Source: a virus. Taken from it: 64,000 nucleotides of DNA. The DNA lies in IMG/VR virus record IMGVR_UViG_3300021197_001203, positions 32,001 to 96,000 of that record; one strand, 5' to 3'. Of the stretch, positions 26,459 to 34,991 are shown in pieces (the stretch's first letter is position 1; each line of letters begins with the position of its first letter). The notes beneath the pieces were generated by a model, which was not told where the DNA came from, did no database searches, and was given only the letters and a program-made list of their open reading frames with translations. The position numbers and the translations under genes are program-made.

Positions 26459-26501
26459 AACAAAAAATGCCTCGCAGTATCACGTTTAGCTGACCTAAGT
26501 A

Positions 26502-26551
26502 TTATAAGGGGTGCCCCCCCTCATAGGTAATGTAGTGGACACGGGGCCACT
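26502..26551 (+). promoter_or_regulatory. early promoter class A (TTATAAGGGGTG) plus hairpin AGTGG..CCACT
   Basis: Repeat of the motif. Confidence 0.55.
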
Positions 26552-26570
26552 GAGAATGGAGATGAAGAGA

Positions 26571-26696
26571 ATGACAACAGATAAAACGGAATGTAATGGT
26601 AAAGAATGTATGTGCGGCACTAAATCATCAGGTGAGATGATAGTGCCTATTGGACAGGGACACAGCTGGTGTCTTGATTGTGGAGGGATTGTATGA
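26571..26696 (+). CDS. Cys-rich microprotein
   Basis: MTTDKTECNGKECMCG..CLDCG; ATGA overlap with the next gene. Confidence 0.55.
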   Translation: MTTDKTECNGKECMCGTKSSGEMIVPIGQGHSWCLDCGGIV

Positions 26697-27742
26697 GCCA
26701 CATGAAACATGAATCATGGATGATCAGATTGGACAACAAAGCAGTTAATAAAATGGAGTTAGTAAAACACTTCTGTCTAAATATAGACTGGGATTCGATT
26801 GTCGATCAAGCGTATGACTGGTGTAAAGAGAATCATTACTTAGGTCAGCAGCCTACACTTATGGATGAATTGCCTAAAGTAAAGCAGACAGAATATAGCT
26901 CAAATAAAAGAATGGCCGACCTATGGTCTAATACTGAATCCTCATTAAGAAGTCAAGCAATACTTAGAAGACAGCCAGTAAAAGTAGGCGGTGGATTCAT
27001 TGTGCGATTTAGTGGTAATGGGTCAAGAGCTGGCCCTCATTACGGTTGCACACTTGGGACTAATTGGGTATCGACAAAGGCAGGTGTTGATACAATAATC
27101 CATGAGCTGGCGCATATAGCTCATCTAGGACGTTATCATAAAGCAGTGATTAATGGACGGGCTAGGCCACACGATATATTTTACAATAGGATTATGCTGA
27201 CTGCTATGGACGCAGCGTTTGGTTTGACTAAATCATGCACTGACCCCATTTACATGGGTTATTCTGTTGGTAATGGCTATGCGCCAACATCAAAGGTAAA
27301 AGGAATGATTAATCTTGATACAGACAGGATGAAGCCATTCATCACAAGAGAAAACTTTGATTGGTTGGATGATCGAGAAGAAGCAAAACAAATCAAGGCG
27401 GCTAAACCAAAGAAACAACGAATTACAAGACAAACAGGTGAAGGGACATACGAAACTAATTGTGGTGATATTGAAATTACCAATGTTGGTGGCTACGGCT
27501 ATACTTGTTATGAGATTGAAGCACCAAACGGATTCAATTGGTGTGGTGCCCATTACAAAGAAGTTAATACAATCAAAGAGGCGTATTCCTACCTAGGCAC
27601 GTATGACAAAGACAAGGGACGATACACAGGTGATGAGCTAGAACGATGCGAGGCTGGTTGTGATTGTGAATGGGACGTTGTTGATAGCGAGCATTACAGT
27701 TCTGTCCGATCACTTGATGGTCTAGCGTCATTGTTTGCATAG
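26693..27742 (+). CDS. zincin (SprT-like) metallopeptidase domain protein
   Basis: IIHELAHIAH..PHDIFY. Confidence 0.65.
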   Translation: MSHMKHESWMIRLDNKAVNKMELVKHFCLNIDWDSIVDQAYDWCKENHYLGQQPTLMDELPKVKQTEYSSNKRMADLWSNTESSLRSQAILRRQPVKVGGGFIVRFSGNGSRAGPHYGCTLGTNWVSTKAGVDTIIHELAHIAHLGRYHKAVINGRARPHDIFYNRIMLTAMDAAFGLTKSCTDPIYMGYSVGNGYAPTSKVKGMINLDTDRMKPFITRENFDWLDDREEAKQIKAAKPKKQRITRQTGEGTYETNCGDIEITNVGGYGYTCYEIEAPNGFNWCGAHYKEVNTIKEAYSYLGTYDKDKGRYTGDELERCEAGCDCEWDVVDSEHYSSVRSLDGLASLFA

Positions 27743-27806
27743 AGGTATTGGGTGAATACCCTATATGAATTAATTAGGCAGTAAGTTAGAGTATCAAACT
27801 GCTGTA

Positions 27807-27851
27807 TTAATATAGGGAACCTACCCCTGAGAGGATTACCACTACGAGTGG
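27807..27851 (+). promoter_or_regulatory. early promoter class A (TTAATATAGGG) plus hairpin CCACT-ACG-AGTGG
   Basis: Repeat of the motif. Confidence 0.55.
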
Positions 27852-27856
27852 GAGTA

Positions 27857-28834
27857 ATGATTGAGATGACGAGAAAGATATTGAAAGAGAAACTTGAAGC
27901 ACAGCTAGAAGGAATGCTAACACCCGAAATAGGGCCATTATTAGAAGTGGCCGGATCGCTATGTAAGGAGATATGGCATGAAAAAAATGGTGTCTATCTT
28001 GATGCCGATGACCGTAAGGTCAAGCAGCAAACAAATGATGTATTGGCGGTAGTCGATTCAGTCAGCCATATTGAAATCAAATTAGGCAATGGTAAAGTAT
28101 TATCATTTGGCAATGCTAAACCTGACAAACCAGCTATGACTATACCTTACGGCATGAGTGATAGAATCAATACAGCAGCAATGCCTAAAGATTGGTTGCC
28201 TATGGCTCTATACCAACACTTAGTCGATGTATATGAAGGAGACACTACCTTTGCACAGGATGTTGCAGATTATCTGAATAAATGTATTGACGCAGCTACT
28301 GAGATTAGTGAAGAGGGTAGGCTTTCGATCAACAAGAAGAAACTACCGACTCCTTCAGCTACTGTGTTTACACAAGGTTTAGTGGAGTCTCACAAAAGAA
28401 TGTTCAAATCAAAAACCAAAGGTTCAACAGTATTCAATCTGACTTGTAGTATTGAAGATATTCAAGACGACCAGCCACTTAGAATACCACCACGATTAAC
28501 GGGATTCATATCCCCTAATATCATAGAAACTCCAGTTGCGCCACCAATGACTTCAAGGCCGCACACTTTACAGTCAGAAGCAACGGAGGACAAGGAGGCA
28601 GACGAAGGTGGTATGTCTGTTTCCGACCACTTGTTCAATGTGCTGGGTAATGACCCACTAACTAAGGGCATGATCAGAAAGGCGATAGCTGATAACGTCC
28701 CTGAGCCGATGTGGGTGGCTGAATTAGATAAGCTGGTCAAAGAGGGTATCATAATCAAGGACGCTAGTGGTGGGCCTAGAAGCACAAAATATGTGGTGGT
28801 TTCACCTATTCCTGATTTGGAGGTGATCGAATGA
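27857..28834 (+). CDS. hypothetical protein with probable C-terminal winged helix
   Basis: LTKGMIRKAI..LDKLVKEGII..GGPRSTKY. Confidence 0.7.
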   Translation: MIEMTRKILKEKLEAQLEGMLTPEIGPLLEVAGSLCKEIWHEKNGVYLDADDRKVKQQTNDVLAVVDSVSHIEIKLGNGKVLSFGNAKPDKPAMTIPYGMSDRINTAAMPKDWLPMALYQHLVDVYEGDTTFAQDVADYLNKCIDAATEISEEGRLSINKKKLPTPSATVFTQGLVESHKRMFKSKTKGSTVFNLTCSIEDIQDDQPLRIPPRLTGFISPNIIETPVAPPMTSRPHTLQSEATEDKEADEGGMSVSDHLFNVLGNDPLTKGMIRKAIADNVPEPMWVAELDKLVKEGIIIKDASGGPRSTKYVVVSPIPDLEVIE

Positions 28835-29214
28835 AGGCAAATGGTATTCCTGTCAAAGAGGCATACATTTTGAGAGCTTCAGGCGAGCTAGATTATACTC
28901 TCTTGTCTGAAGAGGATTGGTTTGAAGAGGTTTCAATCATATTAGGAGGAATGGTTGAGCCTGTAAATTATGTTAGAGAACACATAGGTGAAATGTATGT
29001 AAATGAAGAAGGCATACCTTTAGGACTCCAACCTAATCTTTTAGCTATGTCATTATTTGACCGACAGCCTTTCGGAAACACAGTGTTTAGAGGTAATGTT
29101 GTCTTGATGAGAAAAGGCATGAATGCTGATGTTAGAAATAACATAGACCTACTGATCGCATCAATGGAAATACAAACAAAAGAATGGTTCGATGTAAAGG
29201 AGGAAGAGGAATGA
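28831..29214 (+). CDS. DUF3846-like protein
   Basis: LGGMVE..MYVNEEG..LQPN..A..GNVVL. Confidence 0.65.
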   Translation: MKANGIPVKEAYILRASGELDYTLLSEEDWFEEVSIILGGMVEPVNYVREHIGEMYVNEEGIPLGLQPNLLAMSLFDRQPFGNTVFRGNVVLMRKGMNADVRNNIDLLIASMEIQTKEWFDVKEEEE

Positions 29215-29291
29215 ATAATTACGAATGTTCATGTTGTGGTCATATATGGGCTGATGATGACGGACAACCATGTGGATGTGGTGAAGAATGA
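29211..29291 (+). CDS. 26-aa Cys microprotein MNNYECSCCGHIWADDDGQPCGCGEE
   Basis: ATGA overlaps on both sides; RBS. Confidence 0.5.
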   Translation: MNNYECSCCGHIWADDDGQPCGCGEE

Positions 29292-29434
29292 GCGACACAG
29301 AAAAGACTTGTTGTGAATGGTGTAGTGAAACTATCTCATCTAAAAAAGATGAGAGACGCATTAGAGGGGAGACGATTTGTAAGGATTGTAAAGATGGTTG
29401 GAATGAGCAACCTGCTGATGGGGGGTTTTGGTAA
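29288..29434 (+). CDS. 48-aa Zn-finger microprotein (MSDTEKTCCEWC...ICKDC)
   Basis: ATGA and TAATG coupling. Confidence 0.55.
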   Translation: MSDTEKTCCEWCSETISSKKDERRIRGETICKDCKDGWNEQPADGGFW

Positions 29435-29679
29435 TGAGCAAGGCAACAGAATATGCAATATTAGTATGGGATGTGAAGCCCGAAGATTACCCCTTTCTCG
29501 GTTGTATAGACAGGGAGTTCAACGTGGACACTCTTGATGAGGCAAACAAAATCTATGAAGGTTTAACGGATGTGTTTGCTAAGGAACTACATCACTATTA
29601 CGAATACAAAACACATGGGTTCATGTCTAGTTCTAACTGTCTAATGTCATGGGCGATTGAAGGAGATGATGATGAATGA
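29434..29679 (+). CDS. hypothetical protein
   Basis: Coupled ORF in the early operon. Confidence 0.65.
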   Translation: MSKATEYAILVWDVKPEDYPFLGCIDREFNVDTLDEANKIYEGLTDVFAKELHHYYEYKTHGFMSSSNCLMSWAIEGDDDE

Positions 29680-29903
29680 GCAAAGAAGATTATTACATGA
29701 GTAATGAACACGGTGCGGCTCTTTACTTGTTTGCTGGTGCAGGAGATTTAAGATTCGTAATAACGCCTAGTGGTGATGGACGCATTGAATTGAGTCAGCC
29801 TAGAAAACATATTCAATTTAAGTTAGATAACTCTCAAATCACTATGATGACTAAATATCTTAATGAAGAATACGAGAAGGTGTATCAGGAGGAATCAGAA
29901 TGA
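29676..29903 (+). CDS. hypothetical protein
   Basis: ATGA-coupled ORF. Confidence 0.65.
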   Translation: MSKEDYYMSNEHGAALYLFAGAGDLRFVITPSGDGRIELSQPRKHIQFKLDNSQITMMTKYLNEEYEKVYQEESE

Positions 29904-30322
29904 AGTTTATGATAGAAGTTGAATTGTCAAAGGAGGACATTTGGGGTCAGCTTGTTGGGGCTTTAGAAGGAGGGAGTAATTATTGGATCGATTATGTTGA
30001 AGAACAAGTTCCTAAAGATTTCACCCATGTAAGCTCATCTGAAGTGCCTTATAGTAATCAAGAAATAGATTACCACACTAAGAATCAAACCTATTCATAT
30101 ACAAGTCAGCTGCCGTTATTAGGTGGTTCATTTACAGTTATAGAGAGAGGTTATGACCACAACCCGAAAGTGGTCAATGCAGAAAATATCCTAGCTGGCC
30201 TAAAAAAAATGGCTGAAAAATCACCAAGACACATGAAAGATTTGATCGAGGAAACATTCGACTCAACAACCAGTGATGTATTGCTACAATACACTGTCTT
30301 TGGAGAGGTTATCTATGGGTAG
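29900..30322 (+). CDS. hypothetical phage protein (ALEGGSNYW..FGEVIYG)
   Basis: 140 aa; GGAGG RBS. Confidence 0.75.
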   Translation: MKFMIEVELSKEDIWGQLVGALEGGSNYWIDYVEEQVPKDFTHVSSSEVPYSNQEIDYHTKNQTYSYTSQLPLLGGSFTVIERGYDHNPKVVNAENILAGLKKMAEKSPRHMKDLIEETFDSTTSDVLLQYTVFGEVIYG

Positions 30323-30548
30323 GACTCGTATAGAGTATAATAGAAAACCACGTTCAAGGTCGCAAAGAAGAGCAAACTTAGTTTGGAGTGGGGCTAGAAT
30401 GGTATTTGGTTCGCCTCCTGATTCTATGACTATCATAAAAGCTGGTCAAGGCAGAAGCACTGAATGGATAATAAGAAAGAATGATAAAAAGATAGAGTTG
30501 TCAGGAGACAGTAAAGCGGCTTATCAGAAGCTGATGGAGATGATATGA
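30315..30548 (+). CDS. basic hypothetical protein
   Basis: Likely start ATG 30315. Confidence 0.6.
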   Translation: MGRTRIEYNRKPRSRSQRRANLVWSGARMVFGSPPDSMTIIKAGQGRSTEWIIRKNDKKIELSGDSKAAYQKLMEMI

Positions 30549-31357
30549 TGAAGATAGTAAGGTCATTCCCTAGCTCGCTACCTACTGAATTATTAACTCA
30601 ATTTTATCGTGTAAGAAACACGATCAGAGTTGGGGGCGACTTAGTAAGTGTAGCTGGTGAATCGAAAGTCTCAAGATTTCCATACAAAGACGCAAGGTTC
30701 CCTATGTGGTCTAAAGAAGGCATTGAATCAATGTATGATTATGGGCAACATACAGTTTCTTCTAACCCGTTTTTTGTAGGCGGGGTTGAATATCTTGAAG
30801 AGCCAAAGGAACCAATACATTATACTAATAAAGAAGTATTAGGATGGATAGAATCAGAATATCCTATTCATAATGTTTGGGATGAAGGGGAGATAATTGC
30901 TTTATTACCCGAAGTCGAAATACCCCCTCTTTTCTTCAACAGGGGGCAGATGTATGCAGCGGTTAATATGAATGGCGAGCTGGGGGTTGTCTGTCGTTCT
31001 GTGCGTGATTCTTATGTTATGATAGACTTTGATGACACCTGTTTAGATGACTTCAAGATTGCAGCTTTAACATCAGGCTGGCAGTGTATAGAGTATGAAA
31101 CCCATCTATTAAACGACCCTCCAGTAATCAGGGCTAATTTATCAGGTCATCACGATTTGAAATATTTCCCAAGAGTCGATGACGGCCATTTTGATCAGAA
31201 AACCTTTGCATTTTGGGTGGGTTCCCGTTGTAAATGGTGTGGCTCATCATCCCTAACACCTCCGTTCTTAGGCGAAAGAGGGTGTGTTGCTTGTAAAACA
31301 GTCGGAGAGGATAACGTATCTAGTGATAACTTCATTAATCTAAATGATTTAGTGTGA
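30545..31357 (+). CDS. hypothetical protein with C-terminal Zn finger
   Basis: 270 aa; CKWC..CVAC. Confidence 0.75.
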   Translation: MMKIVRSFPSSLPTELLTQFYRVRNTIRVGGDLVSVAGESKVSRFPYKDARFPMWSKEGIESMYDYGQHTVSSNPFFVGGVEYLEEPKEPIHYTNKEVLGWIESEYPIHNVWDEGEIIALLPEVEIPPLFFNRGQMYAAVNMNGELGVVCRSVRDSYVMIDFDDTCLDDFKIAALTSGWQCIEYETHLLNDPPVIRANLSGHHDLKYFPRVDDGHFDQKTFAFWVGSRCKWCGSSSLTPPFLGERGCVACKTVGEDNVSSDNFINLNDLV

Positions 31358-31720
31358 GTGATTAAAGGCAGCACTACATTCAGATCGCTTAAGATGAACG
31401 ATAAAAGGCTCAAGGCAATAAGCATAGAGAGAAGATACAGGGTGTTTCATTCGGCATGGACAGATATACTGAGAGAGCTTAGAGCTGAAAGAGGGGCTTT
31501 GTTAGGCAGCAGTGAATATGATGACCAATTAGCTATGCAGAAGGCTGTTAGCTTAGATTTGATCGACCAAAGAATACAAGACGCTGAAACATGGATGACA
31601 AGATACCAAAATGAGAGAGAGGATAATTACAGGAAACTGAAATGGAATGCACGAAAGCTCATCAATGAGATAAAGACCATGACTGATAATGAATTGGAGG
31701 CAGGGCACCATGAAATCTAA
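31358..31720 (+). CDS. coiled-coil hypothetical protein
   Basis: 120-aa ORF. Confidence 0.65.
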   Translation: MIKGSTTFRSLKMNDKRLKAISIERRYRVFHSAWTDILRELRAERGALLGSSEYDDQLAMQKAVSLDLIDQRIQDAETWMTRYQNEREDNYRKLKWNARKLINEIKTMTDNELEAGHHEI

Positions 31721-31868
31721 AGTTAAGTGTAGTAGCAGGTGTCTCGATCCAAGAGGTAAACCAATTTATATGATTCGTGGTCCTGAAAAGTGGATGGTTA
31801 TAGAATCAAGAAAAGCACCAACTTTAGTGTGCCCTGCTTGTAGGGGGTGGACATTTGAAAGAGTTTGA
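31710..31868 (+). CDS. 52-aa Zn-ribbon microprotein (MKSKVKCSSRC...CPAC), not in the ORF track
   Basis: GGAGG RBS; manual translation. Confidence 0.55.
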   Translation: MKSKVKCSSRCLDPRGKPIYMIRGPEKWMVIESRKAPTLVCPACRGWTFERV

Positions 31869-32382
31869 AGATGTGTCCAATCATCAAATTGAGTGGTGCG
31901 ATAGACTTTGGACATCACTAAAGATAGACGCTAGCTGGACATTACCTAGTGTTGGCATCTATATCAAAACAGGAACCTACGAATTAACCTTGAATGAATT
32001 ATTCTTTTCAAAACCAACGCCTGACGCTTTTGGCATGAACGCATTTGATACGCACGATTGGGTTATTTACGTGGCAGGACTTTTGAATTGGAATGTAAAA
32101 ACCGAGATTGTAAAAGCCCATGACTGGGATGGGAACGAAGTTGAAATGTGGGACTCATCGAGGGTAGGTGAAGTTGATGTATGTTCTAAAAAGTGTGGTG
32201 CGGTAATACGAATTGAACCTTATGTTGCAGGAAACCATTACACACAGATTGACGACAAAGGTGTTTGTCCTTGTTGCGATCAAATAGGTTTTGAAAGTCA
32301 GTGGTTTAATTGTTGGGTAGTGGTCGATGATCGAGCTGCGAGATTGAAGATAGAAAACAGCTGGATAAAAGAAGAGGAATAA
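31855..32382 (+). CDS. hypothetical protein with Zn ribbon
   Basis: CSKKCG..CPCC; start uncertain. Confidence 0.7.
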   Translation: MKEFEDVSNHQIEWCDRLWTSLKIDASWTLPSVGIYIKTGTYELTLNELFFSKPTPDAFGMNAFDTHDWVIYVAGLLNWNVKTEIVKAHDWDGNEVEMWDSSRVGEVDVCSKKCGAVIRIEPYVAGNHYTQIDDKGVCPCCDQIGFESQWFNCWVVVDDRAARLKIENSWIKEEE

Positions 32383-32384
32383 AT

Positions 32385-32678
32385 ATGGTCAATAAACACG
32401 ATTACAAAAGCAAAATACATGAAGTTGTGCAAACTTCTTGCCACATGGGTCAGGAATTACATTTGACTACATCTAATGCTTATGGTAGTCGTGTCTTGAA
32501 TCTTAGGATGAATAGAGTGGTGCCTAGTAAAACAGGTTATACTGGCTACACAAAGGTTGGTGTATTTATGACAAGAAAAGAAGCTACTCAGTTAAGGGAT
32601 GCTTTGATTGATTTGCTAGCTGATGATATAGCGTGGGATGAAGGGGAGGATGAATGGAATGAAATGGAACACAATTGA
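32385..32678 (+). CDS. PC4/YdbC-like ssDNA-binding protein
   Basis: VLNLR..TKVGVFMTRKEATQLRDAL fits the PC4 pattern. Confidence 0.6.
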   Translation: MVNKHDYKSKIHEVVQTSCHMGQELHLTTSNAYGSRVLNLRMNRVVPSKTGYTGYTKVGVFMTRKEATQLRDALIDLLADDIAWDEGEDEWNEMEHN

Positions 32679-33123
32679 TGATTTTTTAGAATATCACCAC
32701 GACATAATTAGGAAATTGACCGAGGGCTGTTTTAGAGAAACTTATCTAAGAGACAAATACTATAATAAAAACACAAAGGAAATTGAAACTGAAAGAAAAA
32801 AATTAGACATTGACAGCATAACTCGGTTATCTTTTGAATTATGGAAACAAAGTCGTGTCTTTAGTAATAGACAAGTATTCCCTTTGTGTTTTGATTGTTG
32901 TTATTTGATCATGAAAGCAACAGGCAACAAGGTTTCAATAACTGAATTAGAAATGGTAGGGTTAGAAGCCGTAGGCAATCCAGTGTCGGCTCTTAAATGG
33001 CGTAAAGAAAGATGGTTTGAATCAGAAAAGGGCAAACAAGCTATTCTGAATGTGTTGTCAGATGGTGATAGCTCACACCCCTCATTCATACTAGAGCTGT
33101 ATGAGGATTTAATTGAAAGGTGA
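32638..33123 (+). CDS. hypothetical protein
   Basis: 161-aa ORF; start uncertain. Confidence 0.7.
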   Translation: MKGRMNGMKWNTIDDFLEYHHDIIRKLTEGCFRETYLRDKYYNKNTKEIETERKKLDIDSITRLSFELWKQSRVFSNRQVFPLCFDCCYLIMKATGNKVSITELEMVGLEAVGNPVSALKWRKERWFESEKGKQAILNVLSDGDSSHPSFILELYEDLIER

Positions 33124-33127
33124 TACA

Positions 33128-34570
33128 ATGTTATCTTTCAGGGGCTTTGCTGAATCGTGGAGGGTGCTTCACCCAAGTTTGGGAAATGCTCGCAATAAAG
33201 ATGTCTTGATCGCAAATAACCTAAAGGCAACCATGTCTAATCAATGGCCTGTAATATATTTATTCTATTCACCGATTTCTGAAAAAAGGTTATCAGACGA
33301 AGATTTCAGAGAGATTTATTACCTACTAACAGGGGCATATCCCTCAGAAGTAATGGAAAATCCTGACTTAATACGATTGATTAGTAAATTATCAGAGACA
33401 CAAATCACTACTGTTTCAGTGTTGTCAGCGTATATGCGTATTGAAAGAATAATACAGAACAAGGACAATGAAGTTAGAGCTGAGTTATTAGTCCCTATGT
33501 TTAGCGCAATTAACGAAAGGGACTTGTGGGTCTTTTTAGCCCGATTAAGTGTTAAGGGGGGTGCTACTAAACGAAGAGATATAATTTCAGGGTTGGCCTT
33601 AGCTAACGATGAAAGGTTCCATCATGTCAGGTCTTCTGTTAATCTGTCCGGCTTAAAACGCACCGTGTCTCTCATTTCATCAGGGTCTTTTGATTACAAC
33701 GCTGTCAGGCCACGCCTAGGCGTTCCTATGATAATACCAAGTCCATCTTACGAAAAAGACCCCTCTTCAATATCTTTTACTAAATGTTATGCCGAAGAAG
33801 TTGAGGGGGCATGGGTGTCTATCCACAAAACAGCCGCAGGGACTACTTTTGGCTATACTTCGTCCGGTGAAGAGCTTCCTGATGAGGACAACCAATCTTC
33901 ACTTAACGCATGGGCTGAGGCGGCTGGTTTGCCTACTGGCATATTCCTATGTGATTACGCTGAAATGAGAGAAACGCAAGTTATGGTAATTGACTGGCTA
34001 ACCCCCAGCGACCCAAAGATGCCCTTCAATAAGAGACATGAATATTTGCTCGATCATGTGGATTCATGGGCAATGAAAAAGTTAGTGCCATTAGACGACC
34101 CTTTAGATTCGATAGCTATCACAGGTAATAAAAGGCCGATAATAATAAGAAATGCAAGGGGCATTATTTCTTATGAGAACACGCCTGATGAGGTTGTATT
34201 AATCAAAACAGAAGAAACTCCTAAAATATTCAGGGTCATATCAGGCAAAGTAATACAATCTCAGACAGGCTCACCACCTACTATAATATGGGCAATATCA
34301 GCTAGAGATGGGCTGGGCTATTACACGGTGGGCGACATGGAAACCGAAAACCAAATTGCAGACCGATATATCAAAAGACACATAACGTCTAGTTTCAAGA
34401 TGTTAGAAGGCGAATTGATAAGGATTGATGTCCCTTGTTTTGTCGAAGTCGAAGTTATGTCAGCTGGGTGGGGGGATTATGGTCCTTATATTGTAGGCCG
34501 TATAGTCAAAGGTAGCCCCACTTCAGGTATATCGAATGTAGTAGGTATTGAGGAATTGGGATGGATTTAA
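33128..34570 (+). CDS. ATP-dependent DNA ligase-like protein, apparently lacking the catalytic Lys
   Basis: Ligase-like architecture (helical N-domain, P.LGVPM, AEEVEGAWVSIHK, FGYTSSGEE, YYTVG, FVEV); KxDG reads EVEG. Confidence 0.55.
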   Translation: MLSFRGFAESWRVLHPSLGNARNKDVLIANNLKATMSNQWPVIYLFYSPISEKRLSDEDFREIYYLLTGAYPSEVMENPDLIRLISKLSETQITTVSVLSAYMRIERIIQNKDNEVRAELLVPMFSAINERDLWVFLARLSVKGGATKRRDIISGLALANDERFHHVRSSVNLSGLKRTVSLISSGSFDYNAVRPRLGVPMIIPSPSYEKDPSSISFTKCYAEEVEGAWVSIHKTAAGTTFGYTSSGEELPDEDNQSSLNAWAEAAGLPTGIFLCDYAEMRETQVMVIDWLTPSDPKMPFNKRHEYLLDHVDSWAMKKLVPLDDPLDSIAITGNKRPIIIRNARGIISYENTPDEVVLIKTEETPKIFRVISGKVIQSQTGSPPTIIWAISARDGLGYYTVGDMETENQIADRYIKRHITSSFKMLEGELIRIDVPCFVEVEVMSAGWGDYGPYIVGRIVKGSPTSGISNVVGIEELGWI

Positions 34571-34938
34571 GCAATGACCAAAAAGATTTGATTGTCTTTG
34601 CCTCTAGCATAAGAGGGGGTATTGTTTCCCGAAGAAGCAGTAAAAGACGATGTGGTTATGAAATTAGAGTCGAATTAAATATTAAAAACACCTCTGACAG
34701 AAACATTGTCGCTAAGGTATTAGATGGTTTAGGTGTAAAACATAGAAAAACTTACACTAATTCAGATGAAATAGATAAAATAATGAAACTGATCGAGGGG
34801 TTAGAAGGACTTTCCGATACAACACACGGCTTGAAAATGGTGAATCGCCTTAATGGTGTGCTAAAACAGCCTGAAACCCATGATGAAGTCATACTAGCTT
34901 TATCGCTAATACAAACACATTTGGAAGTGAGAGGTTAA
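34561..34938 (+). CDS. hypothetical protein, possibly a degenerate LAGLIDADG fold
   Basis: CGYEIRVELNI..VAKVLDGLGV..EIDKIMKLI; weak resemblance only. Confidence 0.45.
   Translation: MDLSNDQKDLIVFASSIRGGIVSRRSSKRRCGYEIRVELNIKNTSDRNIVAKVLDGLGVKHRKTYTNSDEIDKIMKLIEGLEGLSDTTHGLKMVNRLNGVLKQPETHDEVILALSLIQTHLEVRG
34927..34938 (+). promoter_or_regulatory. promoter class B GTGAGAGGTTAA
   Basis: Identical to the motif at 24345. Confidence 0.55.
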
Positions 34939-34991
34939 AGGTAAGACCTATCTCCCACAATCTCCCGAACAAAAAAACCGAGGTATCAAGA

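Noticed and set aside
34561-34938. Active homing endonuclease or mobile intron
   Set aside because: No recognisable LAGLIDADG catalytic helix and no interrupted gene; resemblance is weak.
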